Below are positions 19,312 through 28,338 of a stretch of DNA of 64,000 bases, one piece after another. The notes under the pieces are model-generated. The model had not been told where the DNA came from, made no database searches, and saw nothing but the letters and a program-made list of their open reading frames with translations. How positions within the stretch are numbered: the stretch's first letter is position 1; each line of letters starts with the position of its first letter. Made by a program: the position numbers and the translations under genes. This DNA is from an uncultured Solirubrobacterales bacterium. Lineage in GTDB: Bacteria > Actinomycetota > Thermoleophilia > Solirubrobacterales > Solirubrobacteraceae. Location: assembly GCA_963744245.1 (NCBI GenBank), contig CAVUST010000002.1, forward strand, positions 5,891 through 69,890, in the 5' to 3' direction.

Positions 19312-19604
19312 TTCACGACTTTTGGCGATGCGCTCTCTGACAGGGGAGAGATCGCGTTTGCGACTCCAGGCGGCCCTTGAGTTAGCGGTCTGAGACGTTG
19401 TTCACGACTTTCGGCGATTCGACACAGATCTTCGAAATCGCCCTGTTGACGGGGGTTTTGCGGAGACGCCGCGCTATGGGCAAACCGTGGGCAAGGAGTT
19501 TACGACTTTTGGCGACACATCACGAGCCGAGCCGGCGAGTGCTTTACGACTTCCGGCGACACATCACGAGCGGTTGCGGATGGGCACTTTACGACTTTTG
19601 GCGA
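19312..19604. repeat. Five direct 17-bp repeats TTYACGACTTYYGGCGA
   Basis: Copies at 19312, 19401, 19499, 19543 and 19588. Confidence 0.9.
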
Positions 19605-19729
19605 CGCGTTGGAAGTGGCTCATAAATGTGGAACATGGGTGGCCCCAACGGCTGGGGTGAGGGACAGGATCACTAGCATGCCGTCATCTCTCAACTCGGC
19701 AGAGCACACTATAAGAATGGTGATTGCCA

Positions 19730-21034
19730 CTACGGCCTGAGTGACGGCATTCCTTCGGGGTCCGTCACACCACGCCTCTGCGCCAGCGGATGACCATGAT
19801 TGACGAGAAGCCACTCGCGGATTCGCTCGGCGTACTCGCGCTCGTCAGAGAGGTCGTTTAGGTGAAGGGCCATCAGGAGGAGTGCTCTGTCCAAGCGACC
19901 CTTGTTGGTGAATCGCCCTGCCCGGTAGCTGATCCTCGTGCGCAGCCAGTTGAGGTTCTGCTCCAAGGCGCCGGTCGCCCACGGGTTGGCCGGGTTGGGC
20001 CACGATGACCGCCGTTCGAGCTGTGGCGTCACGACCCGCTCTACCCCGCTCAGGTAGCTGGCGAGCTTCTTGCGCTGAGTGGGGTTCTGAATTGCCAGCC
20101 ATGCCCCCTTCATCTCATCGAAGCGCTTGACGGACGTGAAGGCCCTCTCGATCAGGTCGTAGGCTGGCGTCTCCGGTTGATCGAGCCCCAAGCCCTTCAG
20201 CTTCTCGTGACACCGCTTCTTCAAGTGGTGCTCGCAGTAATGCACCTCACTCTCGGGATAGACCTCGCCGACGGCTTTGACGAGCGATTTGCCCCGGTCA
20301 CAGACGATGCGCTCGGGTGTCCCCGTGAGCGAGCGCATGAAGCGCCCCCACGCTGGCGTCATGTCGCGCCGCTCGGGCACGGCTTCGAGGCGGAAGACGC
20401 GGATGACCCTGCGCTCGGCGTCCCAGCCCATGGCCGCCAGGATGCTGAAGGTGTGGCGTCCGCCGGGGACGCCCGTGTTGATGCGGAAGGGGACTTCATC
20501 GAAGAGGACGGAGCCCGACTCAGGCCAGGCGAAGTCGCGGTGGGGCTCATAGACGACAGGGCCGAAGACCTCGACCCAATCTGAGATGAGCTGCGCGTGG
20601 TGGGAGTAGCGCACTTCGTGCTTGTTGGCCTGTCTGCCACGTCTTGCGTGCTGGCGGGCGGCATGGGCGGCTTCCCGGTACGTGGCCCCTTCGCCGACGC
20701 GGATGAGGGCGCGGGCGATCTCGCGGATGGAGTAGAGGTGGTCACGCGCTCCCTGTGGCCCCTCTTGGGGCGAGTACATGCGCTCGCACTCATCGCAGAA
20801 GCCATCGTGGGTCATCTGCCTCGGCAGGACCTCGGAGAACTGGTGCGCCTTGTCCCCGTTCCCCGGCACGCACAGCCAGCGCGGCCTCTCGTGGCCCTCC
20901 GTGCCCTTCATCCCGTTCAGCCAGACCCGGCTGCCCTCATGTTCTGAACGTGGGCACTTCGGGCGCTGCGTCTCCTTCATCACGGCAGCCATGACGGACC
21001 TCCTTGTCCGAGTCTCGGCCTTCCAAGGGCTCAT
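19730..21034 (-). CDS. Mutator/MULE-like DDE transposase with N-terminal Zn-binding and HTH regions
   Basis: SVLFDE, IVCDRGKSLVKAVGEVYPESEVHYCEHH (D...C/DxxH) and GALEQ. Confidence 0.8.
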   Translation of the reverse strand: MSPWKAETRTRRSVMAAVMKETQRPKCPRSEHEGSRVWLNGMKGTEGHERPRWLCVPGNGDKAHQFSEVLPRQMTHDGFCDECERMYSPQEGPQGARDHLYSIREIARALIRVGEGATYREAAHAARQHARRGRQANKHEVRYSHHAQLISDWVEVFGPVVYEPHRDFAWPESGSVLFDEVPFRINTGVPGGRHTFSILAAMGWDAERRVIRVFRLEAVPERRDMTPAWGRFMRSLTGTPERIVCDRGKSLVKAVGEVYPESEVHYCEHHLKKRCHEKLKGLGLDQPETPAYDLIERAFTSVKRFDEMKGAWLAIQNPTQRKKLASYLSGVERVVTPQLERRSSWPNPANPWATGALEQNLNWLRTRISYRAGRFTNKGRLDRALLLMALHLNDLSDEREYAERIREWLLVNHGHPLAQRRGVTDPEGMPSLRP

Positions 21035-21130
21035 CTTGAGCTTAGGTCATGCTAGAGAGGGGCATGGACGCCAAATCCGACCTCTAAGCGACAGAGGCAA
21101 AAATCGCTAATTTGCAGGTATTTCCTCTGA

Positions 21131-21204
21131 TCGGGGAGACAGGATTTGAACCTGCGACCGCCCGGCCCCCAGCCGGGTGCGCTACCAGACTGCGCCACTC
21201 CCCG
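21131..21204 (-). tRNA. tRNA-Pro(GGG)
   Basis: CGGGGAG/CTCCCCG acceptor stem, CCCGG-CTGGGGG-CCGGG anticodon arm, GGTTCAAATCC T-loop. Confidence 0.95.
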
Positions 21205-21215
21205 TGGCACTGCAA

Positions 21216-21286
21216 AGCGGGCGACGGGAATTGAACCCGCCCTTAAAGCTTGGAAGGCTTTCGTGCAACCACAACACTTCGCCCGC
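21216..21286 (-). tRNA. tRNA-Gly(TCC)
   Basis: GCGGGCG/CGCCCGC acceptor stem, AAAGC-CTTCCAA-GCTTT anticodon arm, GGTTCAATTCC T-loop. Confidence 0.93.
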
Positions 21287-21372
21287 AAGCCGACCTCATG
21301 CTACCGCCTCGCGAACTCCTCGTGCTCGACCCGCCTCTCTGACAATCCGCGTCGTCCAGCTCGGCCATCTCC

Positions 21373-22344
21373 TCAAACCGGCCCGGTCCCCCGCCGCTCC
21401 TCCGTCGGCACCTCGCCCGCCTCCCCCGTCAGACCCGGAGGTGGCCAGGGGCCGAACCAGTTGTCTCGGCCTCCGTCCAGCGTGATCGTCGACCCGTTCA
21501 GCGCTCCTCCGAGCGGAGAGCACAGCAGTGCCACCAGCCACGCGTGCTCCTGGGGCTCGCCCAGACGCTGCATCGGGACCGAGCGGGCCATGCCCGCGCG
21601 GACCGTGTCGGGGTACTTGCCCATCGCCTCCGTGTCGAAATGACCCGCCGCGACCGCCGTCACGGCCACCTTCCTGTCCGACCAGCGCTCGGCCATTGCC
21701 CGTGTCAGCGTCTCGACCGTGGCCCGCGCCGCGCCCGAGTGGGCCATGCCCGGCATCCCATGGTGGGGGGACAGCGTCACGTTGACAATCGTGCCCCCGG
21801 ACGCCGCCCCCACTCCCCCCACGCCGCCCATGCCCCGCTCGACCGCCGCCTCGGACATGTTCAGCATTCCCTCCACGTTCAGCCGCCACACCGCGCGCCA
21901 GCCCTTCGGGGCGATGCCCTCGGCGGGGGTGAAGTACTGGCCGCCCGCGTTGTTCACGAGGACGTCCAGCCTGCCGCAGCGCTCGATCACCGTCTCGATC
22001 AGCCCTGTCGCGTCCGCCCGCTCGCGTACGTCCGCCGCCACCCAGTCCACCGGGACCGACCCATCGAGCCCATCCGTGCCAGCGCTCGTCGCAGTGTCCG
22101 CTGTGCCGCTCCCGCCTGCGCCTGTCGTGGTCTCTCCGGCGCCCGCACCGATCTCTCGCAGGATCTCCCCCGCGGCCGCTTCCAGCGTCTCCGCGCGCCG
22201 TCCCGCGATCGTCACCCTCGCGCCGCACCGTGCCAGCTCGATCGCGGTCGCCTTGCCGAGCCCCGTCCCGCCGCCCGTCACCAGCGCCACCTTGCCGCGC
22301 AGCAGCCCCTCGGCGAACACCTGTGAGCGCGCGCTGTCTGCCAT
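21373..22344 (-). CDS. SDR family oxidoreductase (citronellol/citronellal dehydrogenase-like) with a low-complexity insert
   Basis: VTGGGTGLG, NNAGGQY and HSGAARA; TATGAT 7 nt before the ATG (leaderless-type). Confidence 0.88.
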   Translation of the reverse strand: MADSARSQVFAEGLLRGKVALVTGGGTGLGKATAIELARCGARVTIAGRRAETLEAAAGEILREIGAGAGETTTGAGGSGTADTATSAGTDGLDGSVPVDWVAADVRERADATGLIETVIERCGRLDVLVNNAGGQYFTPAEGIAPKGWRAVWRLNVEGMLNMSEAAVERGMGGVGGVGAASGGTIVNVTLSPHHGMPGMAHSGAARATVETLTRAMAERWSDRKVAVTAVAAGHFDTEAMGKYPDTVRAGMARSVPMQRLGEPQEHAWLVALLCSPLGGALNGSTITLDGGRDNWFGPWPPPGLTGEAGEVPTEERRGTGPV

Positions 22345-22384
22345 AGCCGCGATCATACGAGCGTGACCGGCCCGTCGGTGAGCA

Positions 22385-22577
22385 GGGGTTCCCACCAGAA
22401 GAGATGGTGGGTTGAGGGGATCGGACCGTGGATGGCAGACGCCGCACGCTGGCCGATCGGAGATCGCTGTGGATCTCCGATCGGTAGACGTGCTGGTGGC
22501 ACGGCGAGCATCGGGGGTGGCGTATGACGCCGCGGAACGGCCGCCTCAACCCCGGCAGATATTCTGACGGGGGCCCC
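22385..22577. repeat. Structured dispersed element, copy A (193 bp)
   Basis: High identity to 23822-23982; ends base-pair; several internal hairpins. Confidence 0.85.
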
Positions 22578-23822
22578 AAGCGCCTGCGCTGGATCGCAGC
22601 CGGCCTCGTCGCGCTGCTCGTCGCGCTCGCCCTCGGCGGCTACCTGTACGAGCGTCATCGCACCGGCAGCATCTACCACCCCCACGCCCGCTTCATCCCC
22701 CAGCCCTCCCCCACGCTGCCCGCGCGCGGGCCCGCCCGGTCCGCCTGGCCGTTCTACGGCTACTCCCCTGCACACACCCGCTTCTTCCCCGCGCCCGCGC
22801 GCGTGTTTCCCCCGTTCCGGCGCCTGTGGGTCCGCAACGGCAGCTCGCTGCTCGAGTTCCCCCCCTCGCTCTACGGCGATCACATCTTCCAGCTCGCCGA
22901 CGACGGCGTGCTCAGCGCGATCAACCTCCACACCGGCCACACCTTCTGGCAGCGCCGCATCGGCTCGCTGTCCGCGTCCACGCCCGCGGCGGTCGGTCGT
23001 GTCGTCTATGCGACCGTGCTCGCGCGCGCCGATGGCGTCCGCAAGGGAGAAGTCCTCGCGCTCGCCTACGCCACCGGCAGGATCCTCTGGCGGCGAGCCC
23101 TGCCCAGCCCCAGCGAGTCCTCGCCGCTGCTCGACCACGGCATGCTGTTCTTCGGCTCCCAGGCCGGGACCGTCTATGCGCTGGGCGCCCACAACGGCAA
23201 CGTCATCTGGACCTACCACGCCGCCGGCGCCGTCAAGGCCAGCCCGACGCTGTCAGGCGGGATCCTCTACTTCGGCGACTACTCCGGCCACGTCCAGGCG
23301 CTCGCCGAGCGCACCGGCCGGCGGCTGTGGGACAGCGACTCCGGCGGCGCGCTGCTCGGCAGCGGCACCTTCTACTCGACCGCCGCCGTCATGTACGGGC
23401 GAGTGTTCCTGGGCAACACCGACGGGCGCATCTATGCCTACGACGCCTTCACCGGCCGCCTCGACTGGGCGGTGCAGACGGGCGCCTACGTATACGCCTC
23501 GCCCGCCATCGCCAACGCGCCCGGCCTCGGCCCCACCGTCTACGCTGGCTCCTACAACGGCGCCTTCTACGCCCTGAACGCCCGCTCCGGACACGTCGAG
23601 TGGCGCTTTCACCCCGGCGGGCGCATCTCCGGCTCCGCCACCGTCGTCGGGCGCGTCGTCTACTTCGCCGACCTCGCCAGCCACCGCACCTACGGCCTCG
23701 GCATCTCCACCGGCCGCATCGTCTTTCAGATGCACACCGGCTCCTTCGACCCCGTCATCAGCGACGGGCAGGACCTCTACCTGACGGGCTACACCGGCCT
23801 CTACGGCCTCGCGCCACGCTAG
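22524..23822 (+). CDS. PQQ-binding-like beta-propeller protein (BamB-like) with N-terminal TM anchor
   Basis: Repeated SSP....G.L(F/Y).G...G.VYAL...G...W units. Confidence 0.88.
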   Translation: MTPRNGRLNPGRYSDGGPKRLRWIAAGLVALLVALALGGYLYERHRTGSIYHPHARFIPQPSPTLPARGPARSAWPFYGYSPAHTRFFPAPARVFPPFRRLWVRNGSSLLEFPPSLYGDHIFQLADDGVLSAINLHTGHTFWQRRIGSLSASTPAAVGRVVYATVLARADGVRKGEVLALAYATGRILWRRALPSPSESSPLLDHGMLFFGSQAGTVYALGAHNGNVIWTYHAAGAVKASPTLSGGILYFGDYSGHVQALAERTGRRLWDSDSGGALLGSGTFYSTAAVMYGRVFLGNTDGRIYAYDAFTGRLDWAVQTGAYVYASPAIANAPGLGPTVYAGSYNGAFYALNARSGHVEWRFHPGGRISGSATVVGRVVYFADLASHRTYGLGISTGRIVFQMHTGSFDPVISDGQDLYLTGYTGLYGLAPR

Positions 23823-23982
23823 GGTTCGCGTCCCAATAGATGGCGGGTTGAGGGGGTCGGGCCGTGGATGGCAGACGCCGGACACGAGCGCAGGCGTGCT
23901 GGTGGCACGTCGAGCATCGTGGGTGGCGTCTGACGCCGCGGAACGGCGGCCTCAAGTCCGGCAGATATTTGGACGCGGACCC
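23822..23982. repeat. Structured dispersed element, copy B (161 bp)
   Basis: Homolog of copy A; terminal 17-nt arms pair at 15/17 Watson-Crick positions. Confidence 0.85.
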
Positions 23983-24095
23983 TTGGTCCCGCTCTTCGGC
24001 GCCAGGCATCACCGCGACGGGATGAGCGCCGACTGGATCCGTTCCCCACCGCCCGCACCCTCGCCCCACACGAGCCCGAACCGTGCTCCTCGACC

Positions 24096-25760
24096 TCAGT
24101 GACACTCGCCGCCCAGCCCCAGTGCCCGACTCAACGAGAACCGCGCACCGACCGCGATCGGCCCCCGCGCGTGGGCCTGCACGTACGTCCAGCCTCCGGG
24201 CGCGCTCGCCACGCAGCCGTGCCCCGCGACGACCGTGTCGTAGCGGGTGTAGTGCACTCGCACCAGCAGCCTCCCCGGAGCGTCGGCGTACAGCGCCAGC
24301 GTGTCGCTCCCGAGCGCAGTCAGCCGCCCCGCTCCTTCCAGCAGCGGCGTGGCGTCGCGGACCGCATACACCCGCCAGTGCCGGCTCGCCCACACCGGCT
24401 TCAGGTACCCCAGCCCGCCGCGGATCAACCTCCCCTCCCGCGCACTGGAGGGGTCCAGTGGCACGTCCGGCAGCGCGACGTAGGCGACCGCCTGTTCATG
24501 CAGCCAAGCTCCATAGGCGCTCGCCGTCAGACCGGGGACCAGCAGCGCCGCGTCATAGCGCTCGTCCAGCTGCTTCTCCCACCCCCGCGCCAGCGACACG
24601 CTCGGCGCCAGCATCGCCGCCTCCCAGTGCGAGCGCGTCAGCGGCACCTCCACCCGCTCCACTCCCGCGCCATGCGCCTGCAGATACCGCTCGAGCGGCG
24701 CATAGTAGGACGCTCGCGTCGCCGGCGAGCCCGCCACCGCCCGCGTCTCGCGCACCGGCCCCCACACGATCCACGCCACGATCGCGCACATCGCCACCCC
24801 GACCGCCACCCACCGGGGTGCCGACACAGACGCGGATTCGCGGGCGAATCGCGATGCCGGCATGAACGGGGACAGCCCGCCTCGAGGCAACCCTGCTCGC
24901 CGCCGGCCCCGGCGCCCCCGCAGCCGCCCGCCGCTGCCGGCGAGCCCGCACAGCAGCAGCGGCCCTGCGAGCAGCACCCCATAGCGCTCGACGTTGCTGC
25001 CCATCGGCGAGCGCACCACCAGGCACAGCAGGCACGCGAGCAGATACACGACCGCCCCCACCCGCAGCACCTGCCTGTCTCTCCCACCGCGCGGCAGCGC
25101 CCACAGAAACACGCACACGACGATCGCCGTGGCCGCGAACGACGTCGCCGGATACGGCTCATACCCGCCTTCCGGGAACAGCGCCCGCACCCCCAGCACC
25201 ACCAGCGCCACCGGTGCGGCGATCGCGAGCAGGACCATCGGCTCGCGCCGCGCAAGCGCGTAGGACAGCCCCGCCAGCACCAGCAGCACGCCCGCGACCG
25301 GGCTCGCCGCCGCGCACACCCCCGCCATCAGCGCCGCCACCACCGGCCGCTCGCGGGTGAGCGCGTACACGCACGCCAGCGCCAGCGCGACCCCCAGCGC
25401 GAACGTCAGCCGCCCGCTCCACACGTCGCCCACGGCCGCCACCGCGAACAGGCACGCCCCCAGCCGCACGCACGCCTCCTCGCCGTACACGCCGAGCACG
25501 ATCCGCTCGAACAGCGCCACCGACACGAGCACCGACACGACCGCCATCGCGCGCATCCCGATCAGCGACGCCAGCGGAGCGAACAGCAGGCTGTAGCCCG
25601 GCAGCGCGTGACCCGCATACCAGTGCTCGTCAAACACGCTCAGCCCCGCGCGTTCGTACAGCCCCAACCTGTACACCTGCGCCGCCAGATCGGGCGTGCG
25701 CGGATCGAGGAGCAGCCACACCACCAGCAGGCCGCCCGCCAGCAGCATCGCCACCGGCAT
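24096..25760 (-). CDS. Polytopic membrane protein (putative GT-C-like)
   Basis: TPDLAAQVYR..WYAGHALPGYSLL; many TM helices; start uncertain. Confidence 0.7.
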   Translation of the reverse strand: MPVAMLLAGGLLVVWLLLDPRTPDLAAQVYRLGLYERAGLSVFDEHWYAGHALPGYSLLFAPLASLIGMRAMAVVSVLVSVALFERIVLGVYGEEACVRLGACLFAVAAVGDVWSGRLTFALGVALALACVYALTRERPVVAALMAGVCAAASPVAGVLLVLAGLSYALARREPMVLLAIAAPVALVVLGVRALFPEGGYEPYPATSFAATAIVVCVFLWALPRGGRDRQVLRVGAVVYLLACLLCLVVRSPMGSNVERYGVLLAGPLLLCGLAGSGGRLRGRRGRRRAGLPRGGLSPFMPASRFARESASVSAPRWVAVGVAMCAIVAWIVWGPVRETRAVAGSPATRASYYAPLERYLQAHGAGVERVEVPLTRSHWEAAMLAPSVSLARGWEKQLDERYDAALLVPGLTASAYGAWLHEQAVAYVALPDVPLDPSSAREGRLIRGGLGYLKPVWASRHWRVYAVRDATPLLEGAGRLTALGSDTLALYADAPGRLLVRVHYTRYDTVVAGHGCVASAPGGWTYVQAHARGPIAVGARFSLSRALGLGGECH

Positions 25761-25877
25761 CCGCGAGGCGCCCACATAGGCCGGTGCCCGGGGTGCTACC
25801 CCACCGAGCCCCGGCCCATGCCTGTTAGAACCGGCGGGCCGTCTTGAAGTAGCGTCGATAATCGACACGCGCAGATC

Positions 25878-26606
25878 ATGACGAGGACACCAACATCACG
25901 AGCGACCGCCGGTTTGGCTCTGCTCTGCGCCGCCGCCGCAGTCGCCGCGCTCGCCGCGGGCTGTGGCACGACCAGGGCCCCCGGACCGATCGGCGCAAGC
26001 GAGCTGGCCGAAGCGCAGACGTTCCCCTACTACCGGATCTACTGGGCCGGCCCCACCTTCCAAGGACAGCCGCTCGTCGCCGCCGACGGGCGCAAGAGCT
26101 ACAACAACTCCGTCGGCGACAGCGTCTACTATGGCGACTGCGCCCGCGGCCACGGGGTGTTCGGAGGCGGCGGCTCCTGCCAGCTGCCGCTGCAGGTCAC
26201 GACCGTGATCTACCGGCTGCACTCCAACTCCCCGCTCGGCCCGCAACGCAACATGCTCATCCGCGGCGTGCCCGCGACCGTCTATGACGAAGGCCGCTCG
26301 ATCGAGCTCTACAGTGGCCGCCTCGCGATCGACGTCTTCTCCGACGCCTACTCCCGCGCCCACGCGGCCGCGCTGCAGCTGCGCCCGCTGAACGCCGCCG
26401 GCTCGGCCACCGGCCCGCTGCCGCCGCCCGTCTACTGCCCCGGGCTGTACGGAGCGCAGGAACCCCGCCTGCGGCGCGCGCTGGCCCATCTGCCCGGACA
26501 CGCCTGCCAGACCGCCGCCGCGGACGTCGCCTTCGCGAGCAGCCTGCGCCTCGCTACCTCGGGGTCGCGGGCGCGAGCGGACGCGTCAACTCGCGGCGGA
26601 GGCTGA
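25878..26606 (+). CDS. Hypothetical lipoprotein
   Basis: Signal peptide with lipobox LAAGC. Confidence 0.7.
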   Translation: MTRTPTSRATAGLALLCAAAAVAALAAGCGTTRAPGPIGASELAEAQTFPYYRIYWAGPTFQGQPLVAADGRKSYNNSVGDSVYYGDCARGHGVFGGGGSCQLPLQVTTVIYRLHSNSPLGPQRNMLIRGVPATVYDEGRSIELYSGRLAIDVFSDAYSRAHAAALQLRPLNAAGSATGPLPPPVYCPGLYGAQEPRLRRALAHLPGHACQTAAADVAFASSLRLATSGSRARADASTRGGG

Positions 26607-27615
26607 GGAACGCAGCCGAGCCGATCAGCGCCGGGACCCACAGCGAGATCGCCCGATACGTGACGACCGCGGCGAGCACCAGCGAGCCCGGACGCACCCC
26701 GAACGCCAGCAGCATTCCGAACAGCCCCCCTTCGACCGCGATCAGCCCCGCGGGGATCGGCAGCGAGTTGGCGAGCATGCCCACCAGATACGCCATCGCC
26801 ACCACCCACCACGACGGGGCGGGACCGTAGGCAAGCAGGCACGCATACAGCGCCCCGACGTCGAACAGGCAGTACCCCACCGCCCCCAGCAACCGCCAGT
26901 CACGGCGCGCGCGGATCAGCTCCAGCGCGTCGCCCACGCCGCCGCTCACGGCGACCAGCGCCACATACATCCGCCCGCGTGAGCGAATCCGGCGCGCGGC
27001 GCCCCGGCGCGCCCACTCCGCCAGCGCGATCGTCCCCACGATCGTCGCCACGGCCGCCGCCGCCGGCAGCAGCGTGAGCAGCGGATTGCGCGAGCCCGGC
27101 AGCAGCCCCAGCCACATCGGCACGCCGATCAGCGCCGTAGCGCCCACGTTCACGGCGCTCGTCAGCACGAATATCAGCACCGAGCGCTTCGCGATCCGCT
27201 GCACCGACACGCCCTTGCTGCGCAGCACCCACGCCCCCAGCGCGATCCCCGCCAGGCCGCTCACCGACACGACCGAGTTGACCGCCAGCTCCGACAGCGA
27301 CAGGCGCGAGTAGAGGCGCCTGCCCAGCATCCCGAACACGAGCCCGAACAGCACCACGTAGCCCGCGCACGAGGCCAGCTCCAGCCCGATCCCCGCCGCC
27401 ACCCACCCCGGGCGCGCGTCGCCGATGCGATCGGCCGCCGCGCGCAGCCCTGGCACGGACAGCAGCAGGGCGGCGACGAGGGCAAAGAAGACGGCCAGCC
27501 CGATCAGGCTGTTGCGCAACTTCCGCGACTGTGCCGCCATCGCGGCAGCCGGCTCCGCGGCCGTGTCCGCCGAAGCATCTTCTTCGTTAAGGCCGTTGTC
27601 GACGATCTCAGGCAT
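26554..27615 (-). CDS. Lysylphosphatidylglycerol synthase TM-region (YbhN/UPF0104) protein
   Basis: [16 protein letters not shown] and [12 protein letters not shown]. Confidence 0.82.
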   Translation of the reverse strand: MPEIVDNGLNEEDASADTAAEPAAAMAAQSRKLRNSLIGLAVFFALVAALLLSVPGLRAAADRIGDARPGWVAAGIGLELASCAGYVVLFGLVFGMLGRRLYSRLSLSELAVNSVVSVSGLAGIALGAWVLRSKGVSVQRIAKRSVLIFVLTSAVNVGATALIGVPMWLGLLPGSRNPLLTLLPAAAAVATIVGTIALAEWARRGAARRIRSRGRMYVALVAVSGGVGDALELIRARRDWRLLGAVGYCLFDVGALYACLLAYGPAPSWWVVAMAYLVGMLANSLPIPAGLIAVEGGLFGMLLAFGVRPGSLVLAAVVTYRAISLWVPALIGSAAFLSLRRELTRPLAPATPR

Positions 27616-27636
27616 CCTCTCCGCTTTAATCAGTTC

Positions 27637-28338
27637 ATGGCCGAGCAACTCGCTCGCATCCTCGTCGTCGACGACGAGCCTGCGGTCCAGAGCGCGCTCT
27701 CACGCGCTCTCACGCTAGAGCACTACACCGTCGCCCAGGCGATGGACGGGCGCCAGGCGCTCGAACGCCTCGGCTCAGACCCCTACGAGGCGGTGATCCT
27801 CGACGTCGCAATGCCCCACGTCGACGGCCTGGAGGTGTGCCGGCGCCTGCGCGAGGGCGGGGACCGCACGCCCGTGCTGATGCTCACCGCGCGCGAAGAG
27901 ATCGACGACCGCGTAGCGGGATTGGACGCCGGCGCGGACGACTACCTGGTCAAGCCCTTCGCGCTGCGCGAGCTGCTCGCCCGCGTGCGCGCGCTGCTGC
28001 GCCGCGCCGGTGACGAGGACGACGATGACGAGCAGGACCGCACGCTCGCCTTCGAGGACCTGCGCCTGGACCGGCTCGCCCACGAAGCCTGGCGCGGCGA
28101 TCGCCTGCTGGCGCTCACCCGCACCGAGTTCCTGCTGCTCGAGATGTTCCTGCGCCACCCCCGCCAGGTGCTCACGCGCTCGGCGATCTTCGAACACGTC
28201 TGGGGCTATGACTTCGGGGCGACCTCCAACTCGCTCGGCGTCTACATGGGCTACCTGCGTCGCAAGACCGAGTCCGACGAGGAGCCGCGGCTGCTGCAGA
28301 CCGTCCGCGGCGTCGGCTACGTGCTGCGTGCGCCATGA
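27637..28338 (+). CDS. OmpR-family response regulator (MprA-like)
   Basis: [24 protein letters not shown] and LQTVRGVGY. Confidence 0.93.
   Translation: MAEQLARILVVDDEPAVQSALSRALTLEHYTVAQAMDGRQALERLGSDPYEAVILDVAMPHVDGLEVCRRLREGGDRTPVLMLTAREEIDDRVAGLDAGADDYLVKPFALRELLARVRALLRRAGDEDDDDEQDRTLAFEDLRLDRLAHEAWRGDRLLALTRTEFLLLEMFLRHPRQVLTRSAIFEHVWGYDFGATSNSLGVYMGYLRRKTESDEEPRLLQTVRGVGYVLRAP

Larger units (their letters stand above)
15879..21097 (-). mobile_element. Cargo-carrying Mutator-like transposon, 5219 bp
   Basis: Perfect 26-bp TIR CCTCTGTCGCTTAGAGGTCGGATTTG at 15879-15904 and 21072-21097; 8-bp TSD CAAAAATC at 15871-15878 and 21098-21105; transposase just inside the right end. Confidence 0.9.

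Noticed and set aside
19312-19604. CRISPR array interpretation of the 17-bp repeats
   Set aside because: The repeats are too short, the spacers are irregular (72, 81, 27, 28 bp) and partly self-similar, and no cas genes are in the window.
11300-21204. Integrase-type island at tRNA-Pro
   Set aside because: I found no duplicate of the tRNA-Pro 3' end and no integrase in the window. The defined boundaries belong to the transposon.
22385-23982. Classical MITE derived from the IS256 copy (copy B end shares TCGCGTCCCA with the IS256 IR)
   Set aside because: Copy A lacks the match, the ends covary rather than stay conserved, and no 8-bp TSD is present. The match is probably coincidental.
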